Shown in pieces: positions 53,258 to 63,300 of a stretch of 64,000 nt of DNA. The stretch spans positions 1 through 64,000 of the IMG/VR virus record IMGVR_UViG_3300037471_001473; one strand, written 5' to 3'. How positions within the stretch are numbered: position 1 is the first letter of the stretch; the number at the start of each line of letters is the position of its first letter. The position numbers and the translations under genes are program-made. Under the pieces are notes generated by a model. It worked only from the letters and a program-made list of their open reading frames with translations, was not told the origin of the DNA and searched no databases. The DNA comes from a virus. Its lineage: Duplodnaviria; Caudoviricetes.

Positions 53258-53438
53258 GTACCGCGTCTGCTTCACCGTCGACGCCACCGTCGACGTCGTC
53301 GTCGAGGCGAAGACGCCACTGGAGGCGCAGCGCCTCGCGTGGAACAACGTCTCGGCGCCGTGCTTGTGCCACCAGTGCAGCGATGAAGTGGAGATCGGCG
53401 ACATCCAGGACCTGATCAGCGTCGAGGAGGCCAGTTGA
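53250..53438 (+). CDS. Hypothetical protein (62 aa) with CLCHQC
   Basis: GGAGG RBS. Confidence 0.65.
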   Translation: MPKYRVCFTVDATVDVVVEAKTPLEAQRLAWNNVSAPCLCHQCSDEVEIGDIQDLISVEEAS

Positions 53439-53899
53439 CCGACTACTACAGCCGCTACGTGCGGTTCATGCCGCAGGTGTTCGCCATCGCGCAGCAGAGC
53501 AAGATGCCCGGCACGCGCGTGGGCGCGCTCGTGCTGGGCATGGACCGCGAGCCGCTGTCCAGCGGCTGGAACGGCGCTCCTCGCGGCTGCAGGGCCGACG
53601 AGGACGACCGACTGTCCACGCGCGAGGAGCGCCTGCGCTGGGTGGTCCACGCCGAAGCCAATGCCATCGCCAACGCCGCACGCAGCGGGCACAGCCTGCG
53701 CTTCGGCACCATGCTGACCACGCTGATGCCCTGCTTGAACTGCGCCCTGCTCATCGTGCAGTCGGGCATCAACACGGTCATCTGCCCCACACCCACTCCC
53801 GAGTTTCTCGATCGCTGGGGAGAGGACTTCAAGCGCACGCGCCAGCTGTTCGGCGAGTGCGGGGTCATGTTGATCGAGTTCGACAAGGAAACCACATGA
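53435..53899 (+). CDS. dCMP deaminase
   Basis: GWNGAPRG, HAEANA, PCLNC. Confidence 0.93.
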   Translation: MTDYYSRYVRFMPQVFAIAQQSKMPGTRVGALVLGMDREPLSSGWNGAPRGCRADEDDRLSTREERLRWVVHAEANAIANAARSGHSLRFGTMLTTLMPCLNCALLIVQSGINTVICPTPTPEFLDRWGEDFKRTRQLFGECGVMLIEFDKETT

Positions 53900-54357
53900 A
53901 CATCACCAACGAGATCGCCGAGGCCATTCAACGCAACTTGCCCGCCGCCGTCGGCGAGGAGCTCCAAGCCGTCTTGGCCAAGGCGAAGACCGACGCCGAG
54001 GCGCTCGAAACGCTGCAGCGCAAGCTGACCGCCTCCGAAAAGGAGGTCCAGATCCTGCGCGCCGAGGGTGACCGCCTGGTCGAAAAGCTGCGTAGGCACG
54101 AAGACCTGGCCAAGCGGGAAGCCGCGGTGGTCGAGCGCGAACGCTTGCAGGAGGTCTTCGAGCTCAAGGCCCAACTGGCTGCGACTCAGCAAGTCGCTGA
54201 GCATTCGATGCAGATCACCAAGGACCTGGTGCGCAACACCGAGTACCGACGCACGCTGGCCAACAGCGAGACGCAATACCTTCCGACCGGCAGCGGCGGC
54301 TACCCGCAGCAGTTCACCAGCAACAACGGCAGCACCGAATCGAGGAGCGCAGTGTGA
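53896..54357 (+). CDS. Coiled-coil hypothetical protein (153 aa)
   Basis: AAGGAAACCAC leader, ATGA overlap. Confidence 0.75.
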   Translation: MNITNEIAEAIQRNLPAAVGEELQAVLAKAKTDAEALETLQRKLTASEKEVQILRAEGDRLVEKLRRHEDLAKREAAVVERERLQEVFELKAQLAATQQVAEHSMQITKDLVRNTEYRRTLANSETQYLPTGSGGYPQQFTSNNGSTESRSAV

Positions 54358-55199
54358 CCCAACACCTGATCAACCGACAGTACGAGGACTACCTCTACCG
54401 CATCATGCGCTTCGGCGTCGACGCCACCGAGCGCACCGGCACTGGCGCGCGCTCGATCTTCGGCCACCAGATGCGCTTCAACCTGACCACCGAGGGCTTC
54501 CCGCTCATCACGACGAAGAAGGTGCACTTCAAGTCCATCGCTCTGGAGCTTCAGTGGTTCCTGCGCGGCGAGACCAACGTGCGCTGGCTGCAGGAGCGCG
54601 GCGTGACGATCTGGGACGAGTGGGCCGACGAGAAGGGCGACCTGGGGCCGGTCTACGGCGCGCAGTGGAGGTCATGGCCCAATCACAACTGGGACTTCTA
54701 CCAGACCGACAACACACCGTCGACGATCGACCAGATCGCCAATGTCATCGAAGGCATCAAGAAGAACCCCAACGGTCGCCGTCACATCGTCACCGCTTGG
54801 AACCCGGCCGACATCGACGACATGGCTCTGCCGCCTTGCCACTGCCTGTTCCAGTTCTACGTGAAGGACGGCAAGCTGTCGTGCCTGCTGTACCAGCGCA
54901 GCTGCGACTCGTTCCTCGGCGTGCCCTTCAACATCGCCAGCTACGCGCTGCTCACACACCTGATGGCCCACCACTGCGGCCTGGGCGTGGGCGAGTTCAT
55001 CTGGACCGGCGGCGACTGCCACATCTACCACAACCACTTCGAGCAGGTCTACGAGCAGGCCAAACGGCCCGTGCGCCCGTTCCCGAAGCTGGTCATCAAG
55101 TGCGACCCGAAGCCGCTGGAGGAGTACACCTACAGCGAGGACTTCCACATCGAGGGGTACGACCCGCACCCCGCGATCAAGGCGCCGGTGGCCGTATGA
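54354..55199 (+). CDS. thyA: Thymidylate synthase
   Basis: [51 protein letters not shown]. Confidence 0.98.
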   Translation: MTQHLINRQYEDYLYRIMRFGVDATERTGTGARSIFGHQMRFNLTTEGFPLITTKKVHFKSIALELQWFLRGETNVRWLQERGVTIWDEWADEKGDLGPVYGAQWRSWPNHNWDFYQTDNTPSTIDQIANVIEGIKKNPNGRRHIVTAWNPADIDDMALPPCHCLFQFYVKDGKLSCLLYQRSCDSFLGVPFNIASYALLTHLMAHHCGLGVGEFIWTGGDCHIYHNHFEQVYEQAKRPVRPFPKLVIKCDPKPLEEYTYSEDFHIEGYDPHPAIKAPVAV

Positions 55200-55324
55200 A
55201 ACCGCACGATCGGCGCCATGCCGAGCACCGCCGGCGCCAGCGCGAGATCGACGTCTTCTGGCTGAAGTTCTGGGCCGTGGTCGGCGCTGCCGCGCTGTAC
55301 CTGATCTGGGCCTGGGTGCGCTGA
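55196..55324 (+). CDS. Small membrane peptide (42 aa)
   Basis: ATGA overlap, C-terminal TM helix. Confidence 0.55.
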   Translation: MKPHDRRHAEHRRRQREIDVFWLKFWAVVGAAALYLIWAWVR

Positions 55325-55518
55325 TGGGCAGCCGGCGTTGGCGCCGCAACCGGCGCCTGAAGTGCTGCTGCGGCGGCTGGTGGTTCCCTCATCGCCGTGG
55401 CTCGCAGGGAGCAGCCGGCGGCCGCTTCGACGGTGCCGGCTGCGAGTACCGGGCCTGGTGGTGGGGCGACACCGGGCGACCTGGCCAGCCGGCCGCGCCC
55501 GGCGTCGTGCCGTTTTAG
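55324..55518 (+). CDS. Small Cys/His protein (64 aa), CCCGGWWFPHRRGS
   Basis: TGATG coupling; resembles CxCxGYxFPHRxGS small phage proteins. Confidence 0.55.
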   Translation: MGSRRWRRNRRLKCCCGGWWFPHRRGSQGAAGGRFDGAGCEYRAWWWGDTGRPGQPAAPGVVPF

Positions 55519-55548
55519 GAAAAAAGGAGCCCAGCACGCGCCGGGCTC
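55519..55548 (-). terminator. Terminator of the late/lysis transcript at the convergent junction
   Basis: Minus strand GAGCCCGGC-gcgt-GCTGGGCTC-CTTTTTT. Confidence 0.8.
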
Positions 55549-55572
55549 AAATCTCCACCACCTGGAGACTCG

Positions 55573-56130
55573 CTACACGAGCGCCGCTTCGGCGGCGCGC
55601 CGCAGGACAAGTCCGCGAAGCCGCCTGCCCCCGCCGTTGACCCACTTGGAGAGCTCGACCTTGACCGCGCCCCAGTCGCCGGCATTCACTCGCTTGCGCA
55701 GCGTGCTGCCGGCCAGGGCGGGCCAGCCGAGGTTGTAGGTGAAGTCCAGGATCGCTCCCAGACGACCCGCCGTCTCCTTGGCCAGGCCGGGGCACAGTCG
55801 CAGCACATGGGGTAGGAACTCGTGCTGCAGCTGGTGCCGGGCGATCTCGTAGGCACGCTCGCGTGTGATTGCGGGGTCGGCCAGGGTGACGGCGGTGCCG
55901 TCGGGGTAGCGCGTGGTGCCCAGCCCGATCGTGGGCACGCCGGCGGGGCACAGGTAAGGAGTCAGGATCACGCCCTCGAAGCGTTCGACCAGCGAGATCG
56001 CAACGATCAGCGCGCGGTCGATGATGTCCTGCGGGTGGGGCTGGGTGTCGGCGAAAGCCTGCGGCCGCTTTGCAGCGGCCGCCACGGCGCGCATCGCGCG
56101 CGCCAGGGTGCTTTCGTCGAAGCGGCTCAC
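55573..56130 (-). CDS. Endolysin, GH24 lysozyme (185 aa)
   Basis: FEGVILTPYLCPAGVPTIG (E-X8-C-X5-T), FTYNLG, KWVNGGG...GLVLRRAAE; GTG start overlaps the upstream TGA. Confidence 0.93.
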   Translation of the reverse strand: MSRFDESTLARAMRAVAAAAKRPQAFADTQPHPQDIIDRALIVAISLVERFEGVILTPYLCPAGVPTIGLGTTRYPDGTAVTLADPAITRERAYEIARHQLQHEFLPHVLRLCPGLAKETAGRLGAILDFTYNLGWPALAGSTLRKRVNAGDWGAVKVELSKWVNGGGRRLRGLVLRRAAEAALV

Positions 56131-56600
56131 GTGCCCACCCGCTCCTGAGTCCCTTCCCACAGGAACTCACCGCGCAGCCCGACGCGGCGGTGCATGCCGC
56201 AGCCGACGCAGTAGGTGCTGCCGTAGAAGTACGGGTCGCGCGCATACGTCTCAGCGATGGCCGGTGCCATCGTGGTGACGCCGCCGCAGCCCTTGTCCGC
56301 GGCGTCGAGCTCCTTCTGCGTCCAGTAGCGCCCGGTCTTGGGCGCCATCTCGGGCGGGTAGCGCTCGAAGCCCACGTAGCCCATGCCAGCGTGGTCCTTC
56401 TGCTGCTGCTCGGTGAGCGGCTCCAGGTAGAACTGCGGGCCCGGCGCGCCCACGTGCACGTAGGAGCGCCGCACCGGCCGCACGAAGCCCTTGGCGATCT
56501 CCTCGACGGAGAGGACCAGGTAGGCCTCGTTCTGCTTGCGCGCGGTGTCGTCCTGGCCGCGGCCAAGCCGCAGATCGTTCGGGTCGGTGGTCAGCCCCAT
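56127..56600 (-). CDS. Hypothetical protein in the lysis cassette (157 aa)
   Basis: TGATG coupling; CGGVTTM...ETYARDP.FYGSTYCVGC. Confidence 0.75.
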   Translation of the reverse strand: MGLTTDPNDLRLGRGQDDTARKQNEAYLVLSVEEIAKGFVRPVRRSYVHVGAPGPQFYLEPLTEQQQKDHAGMGYVGFERYPPEMAPKTGRYWTQKELDAADKGCGGVTTMAPAIAETYARDPYFYGSTYCVGCGMHRRVGLRGEFLWEGTQERVGT

Positions 56601-57109
56601 CACTTGCCTCGCTTGTGCAGAGTGCGGTCGGCCAGGAAGAAGCCGAGGATCGCGAAGACCAGGTTCTCGTCGCGCGACACCATCACCCAGTGGTTGGCGT
56701 CGACCGCCTTCACCCACAGGATCAGCGCCACGGTGGCGGCAGCGGGCCGGATGGCACCGTTCCAGGCGTCGATGAACCAGATCCCCACCGGCTTCATGGC
56801 CTGCACGACGGCGGCGTACCAGCCAGTGGCGTCCTGCTTCTCGATCTCGCCGGCGAGCTCCATCTGCCGCTGCTCACCCTGGACCTGGATCGTCTTGATC
56901 CCCATGTCGGCCTGCAGCTTGATCGCCTCCAGGTTGCGCGAGTGCGCGTTGCCGGCGATGCGGTCCTGGGCCTCCAGGAGCTCGATCTCGTGCTTGTGGT
57001 CCTGCGACTTGGTCCACGCAGAACTGAGCTCGCCCCAGATCATGCGGAAGGCCGAGCCCCCCAGGAATGAGAGGATCGGCCCGCCGATCGCCAGGATTGC
57101 TTCAAGCAT
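56600..57109 (-). CDS. Holin-like membrane protein (169 aa)
   Basis: N-terminal hydrophobic helix, coiled coil, then NGAIRPAA...GFFLADR; resembles 3TM holins. Confidence 0.65.
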   Translation of the reverse strand: MLEAILAIGGPILSFLGGSAFRMIWGELSSAWTKSQDHKHEIELLEAQDRIAGNAHSRNLEAIKLQADMGIKTIQVQGEQRQMELAGEIEKQDATGWYAAVVQAMKPVGIWFIDAWNGAIRPAAATVALILWVKAVDANHWVMVSRDENLVFAILGFFLADRTLHKRGK

Positions 57110-57380
57110 GGTGCGCTCCCCGGTGCATTCGTCTCGCCTTCCACCACGCCCCGGCCAGGAACAGTGTTGCGCCGATGGACAGGAACATGAACGTTCGAGG
57201 GCAGGTGACGAAGGTGTAGGTGGCCTTGAGCTCGGCGACCGCGCCTATGGCCATCACGGCCATGCCAGCCCGCTGCAAGAGGTTGTCATCCCAGTGGGAG
57301 AAGATCCCCCACACGCAGCCAATGAGAAGGGCCATCATGAGGATGACCCACAGAAGTTCAGGCACAGTCGGCACCCACAT
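57102..57380 (-). CDS. Membrane protein (92 aa, 3 TM)
   Basis: Three hydrophobic segments in the lysis cassette. Confidence 0.65.
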   Translation of the reverse strand: MWVPTVPELLWVILMMALLIGCVWGIFSHWDDNLLQRAGMAVMAIGAVAELKATYTFVTCPRTFMFLSIGATLFLAGAWWKARRMHRGAHHA

Positions 57381-57383
57381 GGC

Positions 57384-57719
57384 TCAGCCTCCAAAACGCT
57401 TCTTCGCCCAGTTCGTGATGGCATCGGCCACCTCAGAGGCGTTGAAGCCTTGGATGACCTCATAGACCTTGGCGATCACGGCCATGCCGAACAGGCCGAG
57501 CATGAAGCCGACCAGCTGCAGGGAATCGCCCATGTGAAGAACGCGCGCCATGGTGGGCGCAGCGAGGTAGGAGAGGGCAGCGCCGCCGGCGACCATCGAG
57601 ACCTTGCCGGTCCACGATTCGCCCTTCAGGAAGCGGAGGCTCACAAGGGAGCCAACGAAGCCCGAGCCGACCTTTGCCGCTTCATCGAGAAAGCCCTGAT
57701 CGGCCACATTGCACTCCAA
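57384..57719 (-). CDS. Putative holin (111 aa, 3 TM)
   Basis: GSGFVGSLVSL, VAGGAALSYLAAP, VGFMLGLFGMAVI, basic C-terminus. Confidence 0.7.
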   Translation of the reverse strand: MECNVADQGFLDEAAKVGSGFVGSLVSLRFLKGESWTGKVSMVAGGAALSYLAAPTMARVLHMGDSLQLVGFMLGLFGMAVIAKVYEVIQGFNASEVADAITNWAKKRFGG

Positions 57720-57760
57720 CGTCGGTGATGCCGGATTCTAGTTCCTATCCTACGAATTTG

Positions 57761-58342
57761 TCAGATTTGACCGATTGCGGCAAGGGCTGCAGCCGTGGCA
57801 GCCTGCACGTCTTCGAGACCCACAGCGGCCTCCACAGCGATCTTGCCGGCGCGGCGCGCGCGCTCGATCGCGGGCCCCACCACCTCGTTCCACTGCTGCG
57901 CGAGGCCCAGGATCAGCTGAGCCGCCTGGGCCGGCGTGGAGCCCATGGCGTCGGCCTCGGCCTGCACGTAGGGCGGCGGCGTGCCGCCGCGGGCCATGAA
58001 GTCGGCGGCCTGCTGCGCCTTCACCAGGTAGGTGCCCTCCTGGCCAGGCGCCACGGTGATGTAGCGCTGGCGCGCCAGCCCGGCCGCCGAGTCGATGTCG
58101 GCCAGCGCCTGGGCGCGTGCCTCCTCGACGTTGGGCACCGGCGTCCAGCCACCCACGGCGTTCCATCGCCACTCGCCCTGTTCAGGCGGCGGACGCGACA
58201 CCGCGCGCGCGGCCACGGAGGGGTCGACAAGGCCCAAGTAGACGCCGTTGGCGTCCACGCCGTGCACGACGACCGCCTGGTTGCTGGCCACCTGCTCTGT
58301 GCTGCCGTCGACCTTGGTGACGGAGATGGTGGTGAGCGTCAT
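57761..58342 (-). CDS. Tail fibre assembly/chaperone-like protein (193 aa)
   Basis: Follows fibre genes; ARAQALADIDSAAGLARQRYIT helical C-domain. Confidence 0.65.
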   Translation of the reverse strand: MTLTTISVTKVDGSTEQVASNQAVVVHGVDANGVYLGLVDPSVAARAVSRPPPEQGEWRWNAVGGWTPVPNVEEARAQALADIDSAAGLARQRYITVAPGQEGTYLVKAQQAADFMARGGTPPPYVQAEADAMGSTPAQAAQLILGLAQQWNEVVGPAIERARRAGKIAVEAAVGLEDVQAATAAALAAIGQI

Positions 58343-58500
58343 TGCGTCTCCACCACCTTCGGAGCCTTCGCCGCCGCGTCCTGCTCAGTCACGGTCTTCT
58401 CGATGGCGTTGAGCATCACGCGCGTGACGCGCGCCGGCAGTTCCTCCAGCGTGGTCACGATAGCCTGCAGGAGGTCCTCGGGGATGGTGTAGGTCTTCAT
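58339..58500 (-). CDS. Small protein (53 aa) MKTYTIPEDLLQAIVTTLEELPARV...
   Basis: CCACCACC-ATG, ATGA overlap; absent from ORF track. Confidence 0.65.
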   Translation of the reverse strand: MKTYTIPEDLLQAIVTTLEELPARVTRVMLNAIEKTVTEQDAAAKAPKVVETQ

Positions 58501-58516
58501 GGTGGTGGTGGGTGGA

Positions 58517-58921
58517 TTATTCGAGGGTCGCGGTCAACGTCCCCGTGCCAGTACAGGCCACGGTAGCGCCGCCGTCGAAGCTGAACTCCAGCTTGAGCGA
58601 GGTCGTCTTGGACCCGCCCAAGTTGGTGCGGTTGTTGTTCCATGTGAGGCTGCTGGTCAAGTCCTGCCAGGTCGTACCGTCCGCCAGGCCGCTGCTCGGC
58701 GCGGTGCCGCCGAGAACTGAGGCCCGAACCTTGGTGGCCGGCGGCGTGCCCTGATACCAGGGGCCGGTGTTGGCGCTGGTGTCGGTGCCTGAGCACGACA
58801 CACTGCCGCTGGACGTCACCGTGACGCCGGCGTTGGCGAAGCCGCCGATCGAACCCGTGCTCTGGGACGTGAACGTGAAGTCCCGAGCACGCTTACCAGA
58901 GAAGGGGAAGTAGGGAAACAT
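58517..58921 (-). CDS. Small S/T/G-rich virion or fibre-associated protein (134 aa)
   Basis: Composition and position. Confidence 0.6.
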   Translation of the reverse strand: MFPYFPFSGKRARDFTFTSQSTGSIGGFANAGVTVTSSGSVSCSGTDTSANTGPWYQGTPPATKVRASVLGGTAPSSGLADGTTWQDLTSSLTWNNNRTNLGGSKTTSLKLEFSFDGGATVACTGTGTLTATLE

Positions 58922-58932
58922 GGGTGCCTACT

Positions 58933-60336
58933 TTACAGATTTGTCCAAACGCCCTCGAAGCGCGCGGCCGCGACGTTATACATGACGTCCAGATAGTTCA
59001 CCTTGTTGGCGCCGGCGAGGTAGCTGCCGGCGATCAACGGTGCGTTGGCCGCGCCCAGGTTGCTCAGCGCCACCGTGCGCGCCGTGGCGTCGCTCAGGAA
59101 GCGGATGCGCAGCGCCTGGCCTGCGGCCGGGCTGCTGATCGCCAGCCCGGTCACATTGCCGGTCAGGGTGCCGATCTCGAAGTAGTTGCCCCTGGTCGCG
59201 TCGATAGCGGGCACCGCGCTGTACGCGACGGCCACAGAGGTCGTCAGCGTGCCGACGTTGAACGTCGCGCGCGAGGCCGTGAGGGACAACACGCTGCCAC
59301 CGCCCACGCCCGCGGCGCGGAAGGAGATCGTGGTGTTGGCCGCCAACACGAGGTCGGGGGTCTCGGAGACCAGCGCGACGTTGGAGCCGGCGTTGCCCTG
59401 CAGGTAGCCCGCGCGCGCGCTCAGCGCGCCGTTCTTCAGGCTGATGTAGCCGTTGTCGTGGCGCACGACGAACGCCTCGGCCGCGGTGCTGCCGCCGTAG
59501 ACCGAGCCCGTGAAGTCGGCGTTGAGACCGAACATGTTGACCCAGCGTGCCGACGAGGTGCCCAGCGCGTAGGTGTTGTTGATCGCAGGGCGAACGGTGC
59601 CGTCCGGGTCGATGAACATGCGCCCGTTGCCGTTGGTGCCGAATTGCAGCGGCACGGCGCCGTCGGTCATGAACAGGAAGCTGCTTCCGACGTTGAACTG
59701 GATGTACCCGCTGCGCGTGTTGCCCGCCGTGTTGAAGAACGACAGGTAGGCGTTGTCGTTCTGCAGACGGTGGAGCTCGGACTGTCCGCTGCTGAGGGTC
59801 AGGCCTTTCACCCACTGCTGTCCGTTGACCGACAGCAAGAAGCCCTGATCGGACGTGAAGCCCCACGAGAAGTTGCCGTTGTTGGTGATCACGCCGAGCG
59901 TAGTGGCGGACTTGTTGCGGAACACCGTCTGGCCGCCACCGCCCATCTGCAGGTACAGGCTCTTGCTGCTGCCGAAGACGCGCACCGCGTCCACGTCAGG
60001 AGTGCCGTTGCCGGCGAAGCTGAACTCGCCGCCGTTGAAGTCCAAGCCTGCCTGGATAGACACCGTGCCCGTGAATGCCTGAGTGCCGGCGAAGGTGTTG
60101 CCACCGGACTTCTTCGCATAGCCGGTGCTGAACTCCAACCAGGCCGAGCCGTTGTACTCCTCGATCAGGCCGCTCGACCGGTTCATCCGCTTCGCGTAAG
60201 ACGGGATCGAGCCAGAGATCGTCTCCTGCGCGGAGTCAAGCCACCGCGCCAGGCCGATCATGTTGTTGACGATGTTCGGGACGAACTCGGTGTTGTAGGC
60301 ATCCGTGATCGCCGGCTTCTGAAAATTGATGGCCAT
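58933..60336 (-). CDS. Tail fibre protein (467 aa)
   Basis: G/S/N/T-rich; YAKKSGGNTFAG and TYALGTSSARW fibre-type motifs. Confidence 0.8.
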   Translation of the reverse strand: MAINFQKPAITDAYNTEFVPNIVNNMIGLARWLDSAQETISGSIPSYAKRMNRSSGLIEEYNGSAWLEFSTGYAKKSGGNTFAGTQAFTGTVSIQAGLDFNGGEFSFAGNGTPDVDAVRVFGSSKSLYLQMGGGGQTVFRNKSATTLGVITNNGNFSWGFTSDQGFLLSVNGQQWVKGLTLSSGQSELHRLQNDNAYLSFFNTAGNTRSGYIQFNVGSSFLFMTDGAVPLQFGTNGNGRMFIDPDGTVRPAINNTYALGTSSARWVNMFGLNADFTGSVYGGSTAAEAFVVRHDNGYISLKNGALSARAGYLQGNAGSNVALVSETPDLVLAANTTISFRAAGVGGGSVLSLTASRATFNVGTLTTSVAVAYSAVPAIDATRGNYFEIGTLTGNVTGLAISSPAAGQALRIRFLSDATARTVALSNLGAANAPLIAGSYLAGANKVNYLDVMYNVAAARFEGVWTNL

Positions 60337-60338
60337 GA

Positions 60339-63300
60339 TCAGTACCCTCGTGCAGTCCAGGAGCCAGAGCCAGTGACCTTGGCTCCAGCGCTGTTGTAGT
60401 GCCAGACCGTGAACGTGGTCGGGTTGGGCAGGTCCGCGAAGCTAACGGCCTCGAAGATCGGCGTGGTGCTGTTCGCCTGGCAGGACGGCGTGTCAGCGTC
60501 GATGAAGGGGACGTTGAACGTGACCGTGGCGCCGGCGTTGGCGTCGGTGATAGTGTAGGTGCCGCTGTCGGTTTTCAGCTTGCTCGACAGCTTCACGTTG
60601 AGGCTGTTGATGCTGAGCAGGTCCTTGCCCGTCGAGCCCGTCACAGTGGCCACCACGCGCACGTAGCGGAAGTTGGTGGCCAGCACCGAGTAGCTGTTGA
60701 CCGTGGCAGCGATCCAGGCGTCACCAAGGTTCTGCTTGTAGTAGATCTGCAGCGACAGGTTGGGCGTGCCCTGGACCACCGCCGAGCCGATCGTGACCAC
60801 GATGTTCGTGGCCGGCAGCACGGTGCCGTAGTCGAAGGTCTCGTCGTAGCTGCCAGAGGACGGCGTCGGGTCCACGTACAGCGGGTAGCCTGCCGACACC
60901 TGCGCGTTCGGCGTGCTCCACCCGTTGTTGGTGAAGTGCTGCGCGAACGTCTCGGCGACGTTGACTGGCAGCAGCAGGCGCCCGTTGTCGATCAGCGCGT
61001 TGGTCTTGGTGCCGGCGAACGCCGAGTCGATGCTGGTGCGCAGCACGTAGTCGGGCGGCTGCGACACCGTGGCGGTGATCGCCTTGGACGAGCCCACGTT
61101 GCCCGCGGTGTCGATCGCTGCCACCCAGTAGCTGTAGGTGCCCGACTGCTGCTCGAACACGCCGCAGAACGTGCTGTTGCCGTTGGAACCCACCACGGCG
61201 CCGCCGGCGTAACTCGCGCCCTTGCGCACCTCGTAGCGATCGACCGGCAGGCTGCCGGTGGCCGGCGGCTGCCAGTACAGCAGCACGTTGTTGTCCACCA
61301 CCTCCGAGCGCGGCGCCGTGATGTCGCCGGGCGCGTTGATGTTCACGGTCAAGGAGCCGGCCGCGCCCGCGTTGTCGAGCACGTCGTAGGCTGTGACCCA
61401 GTACGTGCGGCCGCCGACGTAATCCACCTTGCGACGCAGGCTGGTCGCTTTGGTCGTGTCGACGTAGACGGAAGCGGCGAAGGTCGCGCCCACGCGGATC
61501 TCGTAGCGGTCGATCTTGAAGACCGAGCTCGGGATGGCCCACGAGATGATCTCGTCGGAGCCCACCAGGGTCCACTGCGGGGACGGCGCGGCCGCGGCGT
61601 TCACCGTGACCGACAGGGACGTGGCGGTGGTGCTGAGGTTGCCGCTGGTGTCGATCGCCTTGATCAGGTAGTTGTGCGTGCCAGCGGTGACCGCGCCCAG
61701 CGTCTTCGACGTGGCGTTCAGCCGGTCCACCTTGGTCGCGGTCTCCCACACCGTGCCCTCGCGGATCTCGTAGGCGTCGATGTAGTCGGCCACCGGGTTC
61801 CAGGTCAAGGTCAGGCCGTTGGCCACGTTCAGCTGGTACGCAAAGCCTGTGACGTTGGCCGGCGGCGTGGAGTCGATGCCGGTGATCGTGATCGAGTAGG
61901 TGGCGTCAGGGCCGGGAGCGCCCAGCACATTGATGGCGTTGACCGTGACCGTGTAGTTGCCCACGGTCAGGTTCTGCAGCGTCGCGCTGATCTCGGCGGT
62001 CTCGGTGAGCGTCTGCGACACCAGCGTGGCGTTGTTGGTCACCTTCACGCGGTAGCCGCGCACCATGATGTCGGTGGCCTTGTCCCAGCTGATGTCGAGC
62101 TCGGTCACGACCGACGAGGTGACCGTCGGCTTATAAGAGCTCTCGACAGCCTTCAGGTTGGCCACCTTCGGCACGGCGCCGTAGCTGAGGAACGAGTAGT
62201 CCTCGACGTGCAGCGGCAGGCCCTGCTCGATCGCGTCGTACTTACTGGGCTCGTGTTGCAGGACAGTGATCTCGTAGACGCCCTTGCTGGGCTTCACCGA
62301 GACCACGCGAACGGTCATCGGAGAAACCGTGGCGGACGAGAGCACCCACACGGCCATGACCGCCGGCGCCGTGGTCCACGACGCGGCCATGTTCAGGACG
62401 GTGTAGTCGCCGGCCGTGACGATGTTGACCGAGCGGCTGTCGACCGTGCCGTCCTTCTGCATGATGGACAGCGTGTAGACGCCGGGTGTCAGCGTGACCG
62501 GTGCGTCCAGGGTGACCTGGCTCGTCGTGGCCGAGATCACCCGGCCACCCCAGCGCGCGCCGAAGCGGTTGCGGTCGAGGATCTGGCCCACGTCGCCGGG
62601 CTTGACGTTCGCGCTGTCGAGGCCGGCCTTGAACGTGATGGCATCGGTCTCCAGGCGCTCGGTGTAGAGCATCCACAGACCGACGCGACGCGCCTGGCCG
62701 CGCGAGGTCGTGCCGAAGGCCACCGTCTCGGTCTGGCGCAAGCCGTAGCGCTTGATGCCCTCGGCGTCCTTGACGTACTCGAACTTCTGCTTGAACGACT
62801 CGTCGGGGTCGTTCCAGCCGACCGTGATGGCGGTGTGGCGCTGCGCCAGGGACGAGCCCTGGTAGTTGAACTGGCCGTCGATGACGTTGGCGTTATTCCA
62901 CAGCATCGACACCGGCGTGGGCCGGTCCTGCGACAGAACGATCTGGCCGCCGCTCCAGTAGGCCATGCCGCGGAAGACGCTGGTCAGGTTGCTGATGACC
63001 TTGTAGGCGTCGTCGACGGTGTTGAGCACCACGTTGAGCGTGAAGCGAGGCTCGTAGGGGCCGGTGTAGCGCGGCATCGCCGGGCTGATCGAACCGTTCT
63101 TGCTGACGCCGCCCGTCAGCGAGATGCCGATCAGGTTGTTGGCCAAGCCGCTGGGCACCATCTCGTCGCAATACTTCGCGATCTGGTAGAGCTCCCACTT
63201 CGAGGGCACCGCGGCACCATTGATGCGGCGGCCGAGGCCGTAGCGCGCATTGGTCACCAGGTCGTAGAAGCACCAGGCGGGGTTGTTCGACCAGGCCCAC

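Noticed and set aside
54354-55199. ThyA as a dCMP/dUMP hydroxymethylase for hypermodified DNA
   Set aside because: All canonical ThyA motifs are present, including the dUMP-specifying Asn in PFNIASY
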